A program made the position numbers and the translations under genes. From Mayamaea pseudoterrestris (Eukaryota): 64,000 bases of DNA. This document shows positions 61,301 to 64,000 of this stretch, piece after piece. A model generated the notes under the pieces. It searched no databases and was not told the origin of the DNA. It saw nothing but the letters and a program-made list of their open reading frames with translations. The stretch spans positions 186,001 through 250,000 of the forward strand of contig BROI01000013.1 of NCBI GenBank assembly GCA_027923505.1. Reading direction: 5' to 3'. How positions within the stretch are numbered: position 1 is the stretch's first letter; each line of letters starts with the position of its first letter.

Positions 61301-64000
61301 CGGAAGGGTGGAAGCCGTCCTATTGCGATTCCGATCTGTGGATCAAGGACGCCGGCGACAGCTACGACTACCTCTGTGTATGGGTCGACGATCTGTTGAA
61401 TATCTCAGACGATCCAGCAGCGTTCTTCAAGATGCTAGAGGAGAAGTACAAGTTCAAGCTCAAAGGTGTTGGACATCCCGAGTATCATCTCGGCGGTGAC
61501 TTTGGACGAGACCCTGACGGAACTCTTTACTGGTCGGCCAAGACCTACGTTGCGAAACTCTTGGCGCAGTACGAGCGTTTGTTTGAAGGTCCTCCGAAGA
61601 AGTATTCATCACCAATCGACAAAGACGATCATCCTGAACTTGACCAAAGCGAGCTACTGAACGACCAAGAGAAGAAGATTTACCAGTCTCTAGTCGGAGC
61701 ACTTCAGTGGGCAATTACTTTGGGTCGATTTGACATTGCCGTAGCAGTTGTGAGTCTGTCGCGATTCCGTGTGGAGCCGCGCAAGGGACACCTGCAGCGG
61801 GTGAAGCGAGTCTGTGGATATTTGCGAGAGTTACCGGACGCAGCAATCCGTTTCCGTACGAAGTGGCCAGCCAACGAGGAGCACCGCACCATGGAGGAAC
61901 AAGATTGGGAGCGCAGCGTTCTGGGAAGGACGGAGTTGATGAGATGTTGGACGTCTACCCACCGCCAAAGGGTGTGACTGTACGAACATCAACTTTCGAG
62001 GATGCGTGTCTCATGCATTGCATGGTGACAGGCAAGTCATTGGAAGGAGTTTTGTCATTTGTCAACCAGACGCCTGTCGACTGGCATTGCAAACTCCAGG
62101 CTACAGTCGAGACTGCGACCTTCGGATCGAATTCGGCGTAGCAAAGAGTGGAAACGGATATCAGCATTTCTCCGTGCGTCGCTCATGGCTATGGGCGTAC
62201 CATTGGAAGTCTGCCTGGATGTACGACAACCAAGCAGTGATTACGCAATCTACAATCCCGAGTTCGACATTGTCCAAGCGACACAATGCGTTGGCCTACC
62301 ATCGTGTTCGTTGGGCAGTTGCTGCGATATCAAGTTTGTGAAGTTGAGGAAAGGAGAACATTGCGGACGTACTTACGAAGTACCTGCCGTCGATGCCATT
62401 GCTCAAGCCAGTATTGTTTTGGCGCGCGAACATCGTATGCGATTGTGAAGGACAAGAATGCGGCTACGACGAGCAGCGTACCCGAGGGGAGTGACAAGTC
62501 GCAGAGCGGCGAAGTCAAGAGCCCGAACCCTAATTAGCTTGTGTCGAGTCCGCAGCTGTCGTATGTGACATGTGACTGAAGAAAGTGCGCAACCGTCGTG
62601 TGGATGCGTTGTATGAATGGAACGACCAGTTACGACTGATGTAATGTGATTGAAAGAAACGGATTGATCGGATGATCTTCCGAGTGGTCGATGTAGAGAT
62701 GTAGCGATAAGCTCACAATATAGAACTACTAGTTTGCGACGAGAGTGCAGTCGTATTCGTGTAGTGGCGAGCGCAAGACTATTCGACGAGCCATCTCCAT
62801 CAAGAGCTGTACAGACCATGGCCAAGGACCCTGTATCGGAGCTTTTTGGAGGTAAGACGTTGACTGCGAAATCGTCAACGGTGTTAATCTTAATGGTACA
62901 CGAGACAAAGGCATGATTATTCACCCTTCGGATGATCTGCAGCTTGATTTATATGCGGATGCTGATTTCGCTGGATTATGGAATGTGGAAGACATTGAAG
63001 ACCCCATTTGCGTCAAGAGTCGGACGGGGTATGTGGTTACGCTTGGAGGCGCTCCAATACTCTGGGCTTCAAAATTACAGTCAGAGATTTCGTTGAGTAC
63101 AACGGAAGCCGAGTATATAGCCTTGTCTCAGGGAATGCGCGAGTTGTTACCGATTCGCCGAATTGTCAAGTTGGTGGCTGATTCGTTTGGCATCGATAGG
63201 AACGAAGTTTCGAAAGTCTGTAAGGTTTGGGAAGACAATAATGCGGCGCTCTTATTAGCGAATTCTCCGTACCCGAACATGCGACCACGAACAAAGCACA
63301 TTGCAATTAAATATCATTGGTTTCGCGAGCATCTTGTTGCTGGTGAGATCGAGGCTGAGAAGATTGATACGACAGTACAGAAGGCAGATATCTTTACCAA
63401 GGCCCTTGGATTTGTGGAGTTCGAGCGCAAGCGCGAGTTGTTGGTTGGTTGGTAGTTTAGTGTTTTGTTCACGGTGGCAAGCTGCAGTTTCCTTTGCTTG
63501 AGAGGGAGAGTGAAACAAGATTGAAAAGTCGGCGAGAAAATGTTGGGTACCAGCGGGCTACGTGAACGGACTACGGACAGACGATGACTTCGGCGCGCCT
63601 CTCGTTTGAGGTGCGGCTGCTTTCGAGGCTCAGTTGCTGGATGCATGGACTCTGATAGTCTGTCGTTCTTTAACAGTATAAAGCATTAGTAGTTGCAATT
63701 GTATTTTGTGATTACATTCACTATTGGTAGGAAGTTGCCGAAAAGACAAAGGCCATTTTGTTGCTGCCGTAAGTGACATGGCTGCTGCGACTGTCTTCCA
63801 CAATATCAGAGGCCGCAATATGCTCAAATGTCAGCGCGGGTGACGAGAGGTTGGAGAAGAGTTCCCCACCTGCAGTCTCCAAAACGCTGGGATGAGAAAT
63901 AGTCATGGTGGATTGTTCGATCGCTCGGCAATGAGGACGCTTAAGTGTGAAGTCTACTAGTAGTGTGAAATGGAAATACGCCGGTCGTGTGAAAACCGCA
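55390..64000 (+). mobile_element. Degenerate outer Ty1/copia element (different lineage): 5' LTR absent, integrase deleted, split by a nested element; 3' LTR starts ~63511
   Basis: Gag-like fragment ~55390-55610. PR (FDTGA) is fused directly to RT (YPDGRVRKLKARFCVRGD, YVDD). RH at 62887-63455 (YADADFAG, LSTTEAEY, WEDN, KADIFTK). PPT agagggagag precedes TG at 63511. The right end is not established within the window. Confidence 0.85.
56613..62886 (+). mobile_element. Nested Ty1/copia LTR retrotransposon (CoDi-like, chromodomain-bearing) with a heavily frameshifted interior
   Basis: 395-bp LTRs at 56613-57007 and 62492-62886 (2 substitutions seen). PPT gaggggag. Imperfect TSD ttctt/atctt. RT fragment GDIGNAYLEA...LYGLRTSG...WVDD. 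Chromo-like WFFKEILDHQG...VLVQWDDGSKTWEPL. Confidence 0.93.

Noticed and set aside
62881..62891. gtgttaatctt at the nested element's 3' end is complementary to the PBS motif (self-priming?)
   Set aside because: The atctt part is target-site sequence from the outer element's coding region, so the match is coincidental.

Overview
Eukaryotic genomic DNA, most likely from a pennate diatom. The evidence is short GT-AG introns, bipartite 'AFAP'-type plastid presequences, a PH-domain DGAT1 and CoDi-like Ty1/copia elements. Bases 1-16.1 kb are gene-dense: a HAT/TPR protein, eIF1AD, 6-exon PH-DGAT1, chorismate synthase, a small basic plastid-targeted protein, a PH-like protein, FabI, an FAD monooxygenase and a TPR gene that runs into a repeat array. 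Bases 16.1-53.7 kb form a ~37.6-kb heterochromatin-like island. It holds ~125 near-identical 181-bp monomers, then a young full-length chromodomain-bearing copia element (identical 311-bp LTRs, no TSD) exactly at the switch to a 169-bp satellite, which is interleaved with a 172-bp satellite. All three monomers are nucleosome-sized and CpG-poor; the 181 and 169 monomers are also dyad-rich and share motifs. After the island come a PIF/Harbinger-like MITE, a 5'-truncated host gene, and a deleted copia carrying a second nested chromodomain copia. The best candidate for an undescribed system is a satellite-based centromere/pericentromere-like domain with chromodomain retrotransposons that share an unusual non-TGG primer-binding site, possibly primed by a half tRNA-Asn. 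Function cannot be proven from sequence, and some junctions may be assembly artefacts. All alignments and counts were done by eye.
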